A DNA stretch of 40,803 nucleotides, counting the filler, from Acidimicrobiia bacterium (GTDB lineage Bacteria > Actinomycetota > Acidimicrobiia > Spongiisociales > JAENVV01), in the NCBI GenBank assembly GCA_041577335.1. It is 14 parts of 14 records of this genome, joined end to end, with 100 filler letters (N's around TTAATTAATTAA, not from the genome) between each part and the next. Parts side by side here need not be neighbours in the genome. Positions count along the whole stretch, not along the records: positions 5,368 to 10,310 come from JBFGJH010000111.1; positions 10,411 to 14,710 come from JBFGJH010000113.1; positions 14,811 to 17,911 come from JBFGJH010000115.1; positions 18,012 to 21,034 come from JBFGJH010000116.1; 10 more parts are not named here. The stretch is one strand, 5' to 3'. The position numbers were made by a program, and so were the translations under genes. Below the pieces are notes generated by a model. It did no database searches. It saw only the letters and a program-made list of their open reading frames with translations, and had not been told where the DNA came from. Shown here piece after piece: positions 9,912 to 20,170 of the stretch (position 1 is the stretch's first letter; each line of letters opens with the position of its first letter).

Positions 9912-10068
9912 ACGGGCTCGCCGATTTGGCGGCCAGGTAGGCGGTTCAGTCGGCCGGCCTGCCGACCGCTAGTGCTTGGAGCAGCGCCGGTTCGAGATCC
10001 ACCACGAACTGCTCTTCGGCGACAGTGCCCAGCGGAGGAAAGACCTAGCCCTCTTGCAGGGACTTTCC

Positions 10069-10144
10069 TGGTGGGCGTTGAGGGTTTCGATCCCCCGACC
10101 TCTTCCTTGTAAGGGAAGCGCTCTCCCGACTGAGCTAAACGCCC
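10069..10144 (-). tRNA. tRNA-Val(UAC)
   Basis: Minus strand GGGCGTTTAGCTCAGTCGGGAGAGCGCTTCCCTTACAAGGAAGAGGTCGGGGGATCGAAACCCTCAACGCCCACCA: a 76-nt cloverleaf with acceptor stem GGGCGTT/AACGCCC, anticodon TAC and encoded CCA. Confidence 0.95.
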
Positions 10145-10154
10145 GACGGCGCAC

Positions 10155-10160
10155 ATGGTA
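10155..10160 (-). promoter_or_regulatory. Putative -10 element for tRNA-Val
   Basis: TACCAT (TANNNT) lies 10 nt upstream of the tRNA 5' end. Confidence 0.5.
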
Positions 10161-10442
10161 CGGCCCTTTTTCGCCCCTTCCACCACTCACGGCTCAACTC
10201 CGACCGAGCCTCGACCGATACAACCTCAACGGCCGTCCACACGACGCCGAGGCAACACGCGAGCCAGGGAAACATGAGCGCCAGGAAAATGAGTGCGAGG
10301 GAGGCCGGAGNNNNNNNNNNNNNNNNNNNNNNNNNNNNNNNNNNNNNNNNNNNNTTAATTAATTAANNNNNNNNNNNNNNNNNNNNNNNNNNNNNNNNNN
10401 NNNNNNNNNNCGATACAAACGGCGTCGACGTCGCGTGAAAGG

Positions 10443-10892
10443 TTGAGGATTGTGAGCGTGGTAGAGAGTCTTCGAGACCGGGTCGGCGAAGCAATTGGCG
10501 TGAGCGAATGGTTCACGATCTCCCAAGAGCGAATCCAGCAATTCGCCGATGCAACCGACGATCATCAGTGGATCCACGTCAATGCCGACAAGGCGGCCGC
10601 AGGCCCGTTTGGCACGACCATCGCCCACGGTTTCCTCACGTTGTCGATGATTCCCGCTCTGGCGCCTGGGCTTGACCTTTCCGGTGTGCGCATGGGGGTC
10701 AACTACGGCCTCGACCGCGTCCGGTTCATTTCTCCAGTCCCGAGCGGATCGCGAATTCGGGCTCATAGCAAGCTCCTCTCGGTCGATGAGGTCCCCGGTG
10801 GTGTTCAGGCCAAGATCGAGGTGACGATCGAGCTCGAAGGCAGCGAAAAGCCTGCGTGTGTGGCGGAGACGTTGACCCGGCTCTACTTCTGA
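10443..10892 (+). CDS. MaoC family dehydratase
   Basis: Motifs FADATDDHQWIH, GPFGTTIAHGFLTLS and NYGLDRVRF. The start could instead be GTG 10452 or 10458. Confidence 0.92.
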   Translation: MRIVSVVESLRDRVGEAIGVSEWFTISQERIQQFADATDDHQWIHVNADKAAAGPFGTTIAHGFLTLSMIPALAPGLDLSGVRMGVNYGLDRVRFISPVPSGSRIRAHSKLLSVDEVPGGVQAKIEVTIELEGSEKPACVAETLTRLYF

Positions 10893-12028
10893 CGCCTCAC
10901 GGCTTCTGACGGATCGAGCAGGGTTGCCAGCCATGTGGTGATGGGCACGGCAGCCACCAGCCCGATGGAGCCAAGCAGCGTTCGGATGATCTCCGTGGCG
11001 ACGACTTCGCTGTTGGCGATCGTTCCCAGCGACTGATTCGAGAGCGCAAACAGCACGAGCAGGGGCATCGACGCCCCGGCATACGCCAGGAAGAGCGTGT
11101 TGACCGTCGAAGCGATGTGGTCGCGACCAACTCGCAACCCGGCCCTCAGCAGAGCCGGCCGGGGCATGGTCGGGTCGGCCTTGCGGATCTCGGTCACGGC
11201 CGACACTTGCGTCACCGTCACATCATCGAGGGCTCCCAGCGACCCGATGACAATTCCGGCGAGAATCAGCCCGCGGGCGTCAATCCTCCCCGGCAGCATG
11301 GTGAGGAGCAGGCTTTCTTCCGAGGTGAAGCCGCTGAGCTCTGCTGCCGCCACCGCGAGCGCCGACAACCCGGCCGTGAGCAGCAGGGCCGCCAACGTTC
11401 CGAGAAGAGCGACAGTCGTAGGCGGGTTGAATCCATGAGCTGTGTAGAGGGCGACGAACGCAATCGCCGCCGACCCGACCACCGCCACCATGACGGGTGG
11501 GTTGTTGGCGAGGAGGGATGGAACGATGAACAACAGCAAAACGACGACCGAAGCCGCCAGCCCGGCGAGTGCCGCCACGCCCTTGAAGCGACCGAGCGCG
11601 ATCACCGAGAGGGCGAATCCCACGGCGATGAGCCCGAGCAAGCTCCTACGTTGGCGGTCGGCGTACTGGTACTCGAATCCGGGTGCCGCCTCGGGGAGCC
11701 GGTTCATCACGACCTGGTCGCCGGCCGCAAACGTCGGGCTTGACGCGAGGAACGGAAAGTCGAGCACCACAATGTCTGAGGCATCCGGTCCTTCCTTCAG
11801 CTCGAAGCCCACCTTGTAGCAATCGATGCCGGCGCCGGACTCGGTTCCCGCACACGGCCCGATGTACGCCTCGAAGACCTCCGCCTCATAGACGTCCGAG
11901 GTCACTCCGAGCGCAGCGAGCGACGGTAGCGATTGGTCAGCCGGCCACAACACAACGAGCCCAGCGATGGTGAGACAGGCCAAGATTGCGGTGGTGCCGA
12001 TGAGGAATCTGCGCCGAGTGTCGTTCAC
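10883..12028 (-). CDS. YibE/F family membrane protein
   Basis: Motifs GALDDVTVTQ, GRDHIASTVNTLFLAYAG and EIIRTLLGSIG. The likely start is GTG 12028, because the longer track ORF overlaps the divergent gene. Confidence 0.88.
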   Translation of the reverse strand: MNDTRRRFLIGTTAILACLTIAGLVVLWPADQSLPSLAALGVTSDVYEAEVFEAYIGPCAGTESGAGIDCYKVGFELKEGPDASDIVVLDFPFLASSPTFAAGDQVVMNRLPEAAPGFEYQYADRQRRSLLGLIAVGFALSVIALGRFKGVAALAGLAASVVVLLLFIVPSLLANNPPVMVAVVGSAAIAFVALYTAHGFNPPTTVALLGTLAALLLTAGLSALAVAAAELSGFTSEESLLLTMLPGRIDARGLILAGIVIGSLGALDDVTVTQVSAVTEIRKADPTMPRPALLRAGLRVGRDHIASTVNTLFLAYAGASMPLLVLFALSNQSLGTIANSEVVATEIIRTLLGSIGLVAAVPITTWLATLLDPSEAVRRQK

Positions 12029-12079
12029 GGCCCACAGGGTATCGGAGCCATCACGTGAACGATTGCCTACTCTCTGGGC

Positions 12080-12622
12080 ATGCACTCCATAAACGTCGTT
12101 GGCATCTCCGGCAGCTTGCGGGAAGGCTCGTTCAATCGTGGCCTCCTGCGAACGTTTGCGGACATGGTTCCTGACGAGATCTCTTTCACCATTCATGACC
12201 TGCGGGGCCTACCGATGTACGACGGCGACGTAGAGGCGTTGGGAGACCCGGATTCGGTGGTGGCGCTGAAGAACGTGGTGCGTTCCGCCGACGCAGTGCT
12301 CTTTGCTGCGCCCGAGTACAACGGCGGAATACCCGGCACACTCAAGAACGCCATCGACTGGGCATCGCGGGGTGATGCACCGATGATGGGAAAGCCATGT
12401 GCGGTCATTGGTGGCGGGGGAAGGCTGGCCACGGCTCGCTCGCAATTGATGGTGCGACACATCCTTGGGCACATGGGATGTCCGCTGCTCCCTGCGCCAA
12501 CGTTGTACATCGCCGGTATCTCGAGGTCATTCGAAGACGGCGTCCTCGTGGACGAGCACGCGCTCGCCAAGCTGCGTGAGCTCGGGCCCGCACTCGTTGA
12601 CTGGGTGAATAGGCTTCGCTGA
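12080..12622 (+). CDS. NAD(P)H-dependent FMN reductase (ChrR/SsuE-like)
   Basis: Motifs GISGSLREGSFN and PEYNGGIPGTLKNAIDW. Confidence 0.92.
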   Translation: MHSINVVGISGSLREGSFNRGLLRTFADMVPDEISFTIHDLRGLPMYDGDVEALGDPDSVVALKNVVRSADAVLFAAPEYNGGIPGTLKNAIDWASRGDAPMMGKPCAVIGGGGRLATARSQLMVRHILGHMGCPLLPAPTLYIAGISRSFEDGVLVDEHALAKLRELGPALVDWVNRLR

Positions 12623-12625
12623 TCG

Positions 12626-13537
12626 ATGCTTGATCAACTTGGCTCACTCGAGGACGACGCCGCCCGGTTGACATGGACTGTGGCGGCGATCGCCGTCGTA
12701 CTGATACTTCGGTGGCTGGTGACCCGCGCCATCGTGCGACGCCTTGACACCTCCGAGCTCATCTTTCGCGTGCGCAAGACGTCCGTGTATATCAGCGCCG
12801 CTCTTCTGCTGGCGATCATCGCAGGAATCTGGATCGGGGAGGCGAGGAACCTCGCCACGGTGATCGGTGTTCTCGGGGCGGGCCTCGTCATTGCTCTCAC
12901 CGACGTGGTCGTGAATTTCGCCGGCTGGGTCTACATCATGTTGCGATCACCGTTCACCGTCGGCGATCGAATCGAAGTAGGCGAGCACGCCGGCGACGTC
13001 ATCGATATCAGGGTGCTGCGATTCAGCTTGTTGGAGATCCGCAACTGGGTGGGAGCCGATCAAACAACCGGCCGGATCCTTCACATACCGAACGGCAGGC
13101 TTTTTCGGGAATCGATGGCCAATTTCACGCAAGGCTTCGAGCAGATATGGCATGAGATCGAGGTTGTGGTGACCTTCGAGTCCGACTGGGAGCGCGCCCG
13201 CGACATCGTCCAGGGCGCTCTCGAGGCTCACGCCGCTCACGTGAGCGAAGACGAGGCGACGAAGAGCCTCGAGCGCGCTTCCCGCCGATACTTCATCAAG
13301 TATGGGCACCTCACCCCAACCGTTTATGTGAGCGTTCGCGACTACGGTGTCCTGCTGTCGGGACGGGTGCTCGTCAACTCTCGGTCGCGGCGCACCATCG
13401 ACCATGAGCTGTGGACACACATCCTGTTGGCCTTTGGTGACGAGGACGATGTGCAGCTCGCATATCCCACTGCCCGCTGGGTTTCTGGAGGCGCCGAGTC
13501 GAATCCTCGGCAGGCTCCCCATCAAGATCGCGAGTGA
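12626..13537 (+). CDS. Small-conductance mechanosensitive channel (MscS family)
   Basis: Three N-terminal TM helices, with motifs PFTVGDRIEVG..GDVIDI and HIPNG. Confidence 0.9.
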   Translation: MLDQLGSLEDDAARLTWTVAAIAVVLILRWLVTRAIVRRLDTSELIFRVRKTSVYISAALLLAIIAGIWIGEARNLATVIGVLGAGLVIALTDVVVNFAGWVYIMLRSPFTVGDRIEVGEHAGDVIDIRVLRFSLLEIRNWVGADQTTGRILHIPNGRLFRESMANFTQGFEQIWHEIEVVVTFESDWERARDIVQGALEAHAAHVSEDEATKSLERASRRYFIKYGHLTPTVYVSVRDYGVLLSGRVLVNSRSRRTIDHELWTHILLAFGDEDDVQLAYPTARWVSGGAESNPRQAPHQDRE

Positions 13538-14710
13538 GCCGCCAGCTCGCCGCTTGCCATCCGCTCTCGTTCGACTTTCCAGCCCCACAAGGCGAGCAAA
13601 AACGAGACACCCACAGTCGCAGCGGCCAGCCACAAAGCGGCCTTGGTGCCCACGAGCACTGCGGCGGCATCATCGATGCCCCCTTCTCGGGCGGTGATCA
13701 GCGACCACACGGTGCCAACCACCGCTATCCCGGCGACCTGCCCCAGCGTTCGGGTGAGGCTCAGTAACCCTCCGGCGATGCCGAGGCGGTCGGCCCGCAC
13801 CGATCCCATGATGATGCTGTTGTTGGGCGACTGGAAGATGGCCATGCCGATCCCGATCGGAGCAAGCAGGAGCACGAATTCGATGAGCGTCGTGTCTGCA
13901 TCGAGCTGTTGCATGGCCAGCCAGCCGGCGAGGAGAACGACGAGCCCGAGAACCGTGATGGGACGGGGCCCGACCCGATCAGCCCACCAGCCCGCCATCG
14001 GGGAGACAAAGAAGATCGCTACCGGGGCGGCAGCCAACGCAAGGCCCACCTGAAGAGGTTCGAGGCCCATGGCATTGGTGAGGAAGAACGGTGCCACGAA
14101 GAAGATTCCGGCCAGCGGGAGAAACACCAGGAAACCGTTGGCGAGGTTCACCGAGAACAGGATGTTCCGGAAGATCTCCAGGTTGACCATTGGCTGGGCG
14201 GCGCGTCGTTCGATGTTCAGGAAAGCTACGAATCCCACCGCTGAAGTCGCGAAGAGCGCAACGATGGCCGTCGACCCATATCCCAGGTCTTGCCCGAGGG
14301 TCAGCGCCAAGAGCAGGGTGAGAAGCGTCACGAACATCGCAATCGCCCCTGGCACGTCGAACTGCTGGCGGCCTTGGGGGCGGATGTTGGGGACCCATCG
14401 CAGGGCGGCGAGGGTGCCCAAGATTCCGATCGGGAGGTTGACGAAGAAGATCCAGCGCCAACTGAGCTGGTCGATGAGCACGCCGCCCAATGTTGGCCCG
14501 GCGATGATGCCGATCGAGACGATCGAACCGATGATGCCCAACGCCCTGCCGCGTTCCTGGGGCGGAAAGGCCTCGGTGAGAATGGCAATGCCCAACGCTG
14601 CCACCATGGCTGCTCCCACAGCCTGGATTATCCGAAACCCGATCAATGCCTCCACTGTCGGCGAGAGGCCCGCCGTCATCGAGGCCACCGTGAATACGGT
14701 GAAACCGGCC
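13522..14710 (-). CDS. MFS transporter, DHA2 (EmrB/QacA) family (5'-truncated)
   Basis: Motifs FRIIQAVGAA, ERGRALG, GPTLGG and WRWIFFVNLPIG. Confidence 0.92.
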
Positions 14711-14810
14711 NNNNNNNNNNNNNNNNNNNNNNNNNNNNNNNNNNNNNNNNNNNNTTAATTAATTAANNNNNNNNNNNNNNNNNNNNNNNNNNNNNNNNNN
14801 NNNNNNNNNN

Positions 14811-16092
14811 CGATGAGTTCGAAACGCTCGGTGACATGAGGCAAGGACCGATGATTGCGTGCCAGAGGTGATGTCTCGATCGGGTACTCAAGGACAAACG
14901 TCGGGTTCCATAGCGTGCCTTCGACGTGTTCTTCAAAGAGCTCGGCTACAACCCTTCCGGTTCCCCAACCGGGCTGCACATCGACGCCGTGCGAGGTGGC
15001 GACCGAGCGCAGAACCTCGATGTCCATGGCATAGTCGATATCGAGATCGAGTTGGCGGTTGACTGCGTCGAGCATCGTCACCCGATCGAAGGGAGCGCCG
15101 AGGTCGACCGATCGGCCCTGGTATGTGAGCTCGGCCACGCCCACAGCCGCGGCTGCGTTCATGACGGTCTCCTCAACGAGAGCGATCATATCTTGATAGT
15201 CGGCGTAGGCCTGATAGGCCTCGAGCATCGTGAACTCTGGATTGTGGGTGGCGTCGATTCCTTCGTTGCGGAAATTGCGGTTGATCTCGAACACTCGCTC
15301 CATGCCGCCAACGACCAGCCTCTTGAGATAGAGCTCGGGCGCGATTCGGAGGAACATGTCGATGCCCAACGCGTTGTGGTGCGTCACGAATGGCCTGGCA
15401 AGCGCTCCACCGGGCTTCACCTGAAGCATCGGGGTCTCGACCTCGAGGAAGCCATGGCTTTCGAAAGTCGTGCGCATGGACCGAACAATCGTGGCTCGGG
15501 CGAGAGCGGTGCTGCGAGCTTGCTCGTTGACGGCGAGGTCGAGGTATCGCTGCCGGTAGCGGCGCTCGACGTCCTGGAGACCATGCCATTTGTCTGGCAG
15601 CGGACGAAGTGCCTTCGCCAAGAGATGGATCTCGGTCACCTTCACCGACAACTCGCCTTTCTTGGTCTTGATCACCTCGCCGGTTGCCCCAACCCAATCG
15701 CCGGCGTCCAACAGCTCGAAAACTTCGAACTGCTCGTCGCCCAGCGCTGCCTTGGACACGAAGAGCTGGATGGTTTCGGAGGAATCACGGAGGACGGCGA
15801 AGCGAAGTTTGCCAAAGCTGCGCACGTTCATCATTCGCCCGGCAACGGTCACGGTTGCGCCGGACTCGGCTCCTGCCTCCAGAGTGTCGTGTTGCTCGTG
15901 AAGTGCGGCAGCAAGATGCGTACGGACGAAACCGGCGGGAAACGGGTCGATGCCTCTGTCACGCAGCGCCTCCAATTTGGCCAGGCGAACAGCCGTCAGC
16001 GGATGGTCCGCCAATGCGGTGCCGTCGTCCAGCGGCTCTGTTTCGGGGCTGGGATCCGAAGGCTCGATTGGTGGCCGGTCGTCAGCGCTCAT
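14811..16092 (-). CDS. lysS: Lysyl-tRNA synthetase, class II (3'-truncated)
   Basis: OB domain, then RYRQRYLDL, GGALARPF, LRIAPELYLKRL, motif 2 FRNEGID..HNPEFTMLE and ERFEL. Confidence 0.97.
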
Positions 16093-16135
16093 GCGGCCTG
16101 CACCTTACCCGCCGGGTACCGCACGCCCGTGACGT

Positions 16136-17020
16136 TCATTGCTCGTACAGAAGGCTGGGACCGGTCAGGCGCACCCCTCGATCCACCGAGACCTCTCCGT
16201 TCTCGAAATCGAAATGGATGTTGTCGATGAGTCGAGCCTTCCCAACCCGGCCGGCGACGGCCAGGAACGCCGGTCTGTCCAGGACCGCCAGCGGGGTGAC
16301 CGTCGCTCGATCCATCACGGCTACATATTCGAACTCGAAAGTCGGGACCGTTTCCCGAACGAAGCGCTCGAGCGCCGGGCCCGAACGCTCACCGGCGTCG
16401 ACACGATCGGCGGCCGCCATGAGGCCCCGTGACAACGAGAGGGCCTGGTCGCGCTCACGCTCCTGCAAGTAGACGTTGCGGCTCGACAGCGCCAGGCCGT
16501 CGTGCTCACGAATGGTTGGGCAGCCGATCACGGCGACGGGCATCGAAAGATCGGCGGCCATGCGCGTGATGATGGCGAGCTGCTGGGCGTCCTTACGGCC
16601 GAAATATGCTCGGTCGGGCCGCAACCCTGCGAAATATTTGGCGACGACGGTGGCAACCCCGGCGAAATGGAAGGGTCGCGCCACCCCGTCGAGGTGAGCG
16701 GCGAGCGGTGCGACTTCCACGGTCGTCGCCGGCTCCACCGGGTACATCTCCGCAACGGCCGGCGCGAACAGCACGTCAGCCCCGGCGGACTCGATGAGGC
16801 GTGCGTCTCGGTCGAGTTGGCGGGGATAGGCGGCAAAGTCCTCGCCCTCACCGAACTGAAGAGGGTTGACAAAGAGGCTCACGAGCACATGGTCCGTTTC
16901 CATGCGAGCTCGCTCGATCAGTGACAGGTGTCCCTCGTGGACGAATCCAAGAGTCGGGGCGAACCCGACCGTCCCTCGATTCAGGGAGCGAGCTCCAGCA
17001 AAGGTGTCAATGATCTCCAT
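16136..17020 (-). CDS. panC: Pantoate-beta-alanine ligase
   Basis: HEGH motif, FVNPLQF, RPFHFAGV, YFGRKDAQQ, DGLALSSRN and RLIDN. The start MEIID overlaps the upstream gene. Confidence 0.95.
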   Translation of the reverse strand: MEIIDTFAGARSLNRGTVGFAPTLGFVHEGHLSLIERARMETDHVLVSLFVNPLQFGEGEDFAAYPRQLDRDARLIESAGADVLFAPAVAEMYPVEPATTVEVAPLAAHLDGVARPFHFAGVATVVAKYFAGLRPDRAYFGRKDAQQLAIITRMAADLSMPVAVIGCPTIREHDGLALSSRNVYLQERERDQALSLSRGLMAAADRVDAGERSGPALERFVRETVPTFEFEYVAVMDRATVTPLAVLDRPAFLAVAGRVGKARLIDNIHFDFENGEVSVDRGVRLTGPSLLYEQ

Positions 17021-17825
17021 CCAGGACCCCCTCCATGCGCTCTTCCTGGCCCGCCAGTCGAGCAGTAGCGCGGGCCAGCTCGACGAAGGTCTGCTCGAGC
17101 TCGGCAGACACGGCCGCGACTGCGTTCCGCTCGGCAGCCACGGTGCCGACATCTCCCCGGGCTATCGGCCCGGTCAGTGCCGCCACCGGCCCGAGCTCGA
17201 AAGCCTTCGCGACCGCCGTCTCCACCAGCGGCCGGGCGACCTCGAACGGCACTCCCGCCGCCGCGAACGCTTCAGAGCCGAGCGCCAGCGCGGTTGTCAC
17301 GAAGTTCGAGACGGATGCCGCGCCGGCGTGATACAGCGCCTTGTCCGCCTCGTCGAGATCGAACGGGCGGGCACCGATGGAACGGGCCAACTCGTAGAGC
17401 GACGCGCGCAGGGTTTCGGAAGCCGTCGTGACTGCCACAAAGGAGCCCGAGAGGGCGCCGGCCCCCGTTTCGGGCGTCGGCAGTGTCTGCAGTGGATGAA
17501 AGGAGCCGATACGACGTCCCAAGGGCAACAACACTCTGGTTGGCGTCAACCCCGACAGGTGCACTGCTGGGGCGGCCTGCGGGCCCAACCTATTGGCTAC
17601 CACCTCGATGAGATCATCACGAACCGCCACCACGATGAGGTCAGCCACCGGCAAAGGTTCGCCCCACCGTAGGTCCCGAGAATCGACCGCGGCGGCTGCA
17701 TCTGCTGCCCCGTCCCGGCCGAGCACACCTTCGATGACGTGGCCGACCCGGTGCGATGCCAGAGCCAACGACATCCCCGCCCGGCCCGGGCCCACGATGA
17801 TGATGCGCATGGGATCGGACGTCAT
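17007..17825 (-). CDS. Rossmann-like + DUF2520 protein (PanG-type putative ketopantoate reductase)
   Basis: Motifs GPGRAG, AVRDD, HLSG, FHPLQT, YHAGA..SN and LTGPIARGD. Adjacent to panC. Confidence 0.85.
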   Translation of the reverse strand: MTSDPMRIIIVGPGRAGMSLALASHRVGHVIEGVLGRDGAADAAAAVDSRDLRWGEPLPVADLIVVAVRDDLIEVVANRLGPQAAPAVHLSGLTPTRVLLPLGRRIGSFHPLQTLPTPETGAGALSGSFVAVTTASETLRASLYELARSIGARPFDLDEADKALYHAGAASVSNFVTTALALGSEAFAAAGVPFEVARPLVETAVAKAFELGPVAALTGPIARGDVGTVAAERNAVAAVSAELEQTFVELARATARLAGQEERMEGVLDGDH

Positions 17826-17911
17826 AGGCCTGGCACCAGACGACCCGATGTGGAATTCACATAGTCGCGATAACCCGGATATCTCAGGCTCAGCCGAATC
17901 TCCTCATACCC
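17822..17911 (-). CDS. C-terminus of an isoprenylcysteine carboxylmethyltransferase (ICMT/PEMT)-family protein (5'-truncated)
   Basis: My translation is GYEEIRLSLRYPGYRDYVNSTSGRLVPGL*, matching the EE..L...Y..Y..Y.....R..P C-terminal signature. The stop overlaps the next ATG. Not in the ORF track. Confidence 0.7.
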   Translation of the reverse strand, partial: GYEEIRLSLRYPGYRDYVNSTSGRLVPGL

Positions 17912-18056
17912 NNNNNNNNNNNNNNNNNNNNNNNNNNNNNNNNNNNNNNNNNNNNTTAATTAATTAANNNNNNNNNNNNNNNNNNNNNNNNNNNNNNNNN
18001 NNNNNNNNNNNAGGCGGGTCCCAGCCGACTATGGTCACCAACAGAGGAGGTGCCCT

Positions 18057-19121
18057 TTGACCACGGAAACTGCTCCGACCGGCGGTGCGGACGAAAGAGT
18101 TAGAAACGTCGGCGTCGTCACTCGGTTGCTCATTCGTCCTGAATTCGGTGCGATCGTGGCCACGGTGGTTGTTTGGGCCTTCTTCGCGATCGTTGCAGCG
18201 GACAACAACTTCGTCAGCTGGGGAACAACGGCGGCGATCCTCAACCGGGCAGCTCCGCTCGGCCTTCTGGCTGTAGCCGTGGCACTCTTGATGATCGGTG
18301 GAGAGTTCGATCTCTCCATCGGATCGCTGCTCGGTTTTTCCGGCATGGTGATCATGTTGCTGGTCACTCCGGCCTCGGCGGGCGGATTTGGTTGGGGACT
18401 GTGGCCGGCCGTTGCACTCGCCACGCTGATAGCCCTGACTTCGGGTTTTCTCAATGGGCTGTTGGTGATTTCAACGAAGTTGCCTTCCTTCATCATCACG
18501 CTTGGGTCGCTCTTCATCTTCCGTGGACTCGCAGTTGCCATTCCTCGCATTCGGACGAACCGAACCCAGCTTGGTGGTCTCGATGAGGTGTCAGGGTTCG
18601 GCTTCGCCGACACCCTGTTCGGTACTCAGTTCGACATATTCGGCGCCCAATTCGGTATTGCCATCTTGTGGTGGATTGGGCTCAGCATCCTTGGCGCATA
18701 CGTGCTGCTGCGGACGCAGTTCGGCAATTGGATCTTTGGTGCCGGTGGCGACGCCAATTCAGCTCGCAACACCGGTGTGCCGGTTACTCGAGTCAAGATC
18801 ATGTTGTTCATGACAACGGCCCTGTTTGCCCTCCTGGTGGCGCTGATTCAGGCGGTGCAGTTCAATGGCTCGGATTCGTTGCGGGGCACCCTGCAGGAGT
18901 TCAACGCCATCATCGCCGTCGTCGTCGGAGGCACGTTGCTCACTGGCGGCTACGGCTCGGTGATTGGTGCCATGTTCGGCGCTCTGATCTTCGCCATGGT
19001 GCAGCAGGGCATCATCATTACCGGTGTCGATGGGGACTGGTTCCGGGTCTTTGTAGGAGGAGTGCTCGTGCTTGCCGTTATCTTCAACAACTTCATTCGG
19101 ACACAGGCGGCGCGGCGATGA
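18057..19121 (+). CDS. Monosaccharide/inositol ABC transporter permease (RbsC-type)
   Basis: RBS GAGGAGG before TTG. Motifs [18 protein letters not shown] and [14 protein letters not shown]. Confidence 0.92.
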   Translation: MTTETAPTGGADERVRNVGVVTRLLIRPEFGAIVATVVVWAFFAIVAADNNFVSWGTTAAILNRAAPLGLLAVAVALLMIGGEFDLSIGSLLGFSGMVIMLLVTPASAGGFGWGLWPAVALATLIALTSGFLNGLLVISTKLPSFIITLGSLFIFRGLAVAIPRIRTNRTQLGGLDEVSGFGFADTLFGTQFDIFGAQFGIAILWWIGLSILGAYVLLRTQFGNWIFGAGGDANSARNTGVPVTRVKIMLFMTTALFALLVALIQAVQFNGSDSLRGTLQEFNAIIAVVVGGTLLTGGYGSVIGAMFGALIFAMVQQGIIITGVDGDWFRVFVGGVLVLAVIFNNFIRTQAARR

Positions 19122-19984
19122 CAACCAACGGCACGCCACTGCTCGAGGTCAAGAACCTTTCGAAGTATTTCGGAAGCGTCATAGCCATCGAAGATGTCTC
19201 GATGTTCGTCAGGGCGGGTGAAGTCACCTGCCTTCTGGGCGACAACGGTGCGGGCAAGTCGACCCTCATCAAGGCCCTCTCCGGCGTGCACAAGCCGACC
19301 AAGGGCGAATACCTCTTCGACGGAGTGCCCCAAGAGTTCGAGTCGCCCCGCGAGGCGCTCGAACTCGGTATCGCCACGGTTTACCAGGATCTCGCCATGA
19401 TCCCGCTCATGTCGATCTGGAGAAACTTCTTCCTCGGTTCCGAGCCGACCAAGGGTTTCGGGCCGTTCAAGACATTCGACGTCGAGAAGGCCAAGCACAT
19501 CACCCGTGAAGAGATGGGCAAGATGGGAATCGATATTCGCGATCCCGATCAGCCGGTCGGCACCTTGTCTGGTGGTGAGCGCCAGTCGGTGGCCATCGCC
19601 CGGGCGGTGTATTTCGGAGCAAAGGTGCTGATTCTCGATGAGCCGACTGCCGCCCTCGGCGTGAAACAGGCAGGCGTGGTTCTCAAGTATGTCGTGCAAG
19701 CCAAACAGCGCGGCATCGGCGTGATCCTCATCACCCACAACCCGCACCATGCGTATCCGGTGGGCGACCACTTCGTGATCCTGAAACGAGGCCAGATCTT
19801 CGGTGATTTTGCGAAGGACGAGATCGGGCTCGATCAGCTCGTGCAGATGATGGCCGGCGGCGCCGACCTCGAGGTACTGAGCCACGAGCTGGAGTCGGCC
19901 ACGCGAGCCGATTCGCCCGAAGCCGAAGCTCTCAGAGACGCTGCGCAAGCGTTGTCGGCGGAGGCGAAAAAAGCCACTGAATGA
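19118..19984 (+). CDS. Sugar ABC transporter ATP-binding protein (single NBD)
   Basis: ATGA overlap with the permease. Walker [10 protein letters not shown], signature LSGGERQ and Walker B ILDEPT. Confidence 0.93.
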   Translation: MTTNGTPLLEVKNLSKYFGSVIAIEDVSMFVRAGEVTCLLGDNGAGKSTLIKALSGVHKPTKGEYLFDGVPQEFESPREALELGIATVYQDLAMIPLMSIWRNFFLGSEPTKGFGPFKTFDVEKAKHITREEMGKMGIDIRDPDQPVGTLSGGERQSVAIARAVYFGAKVLILDEPTAALGVKQAGVVLKYVVQAKQRGIGVILITHNPHHAYPVGDHFVILKRGQIFGDFAKDEIGLDQLVQMMAGGADLEVLSHELESATRADSPEAEALRDAAQALSAEAKKATE

Positions 19985-20170
19985 AAAGGGCCGGCGAGTC
20001 ACGACGCGGCACATGGCGTGGAGCGGTCCGGGGGTTGTTGTGAACCTCGTTGTCGCACCACGCAACGATGGTCTCGGCTATGCCGCCGGCCGAGACGGTG
20101 CTCTGGGCCCGGCCTGCGAATCCGATGAGGTGGTCGAAGGGCTCGAAGATAGCGTCGGAAACGACTGATC

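Noticed and set aside
10134..10308. Hydrophobic minus-strand frame (SLALIFLALMFPWLACCLGVVW...) at the contig end
   Set aside because: It is truncated, has no recognisable motif, and would run over the tRNA promoter and 5' end, so it cannot be supported.
17841..17867. Palindrome ATGTG-GAATT-CACAT upstream of the pan genes, as a possible operator or pan RNA motif
   Set aside because: It lies within the coding C-terminus of the upstream ICMT-like gene, and its spacing fits neither CRP nor Rex sites.
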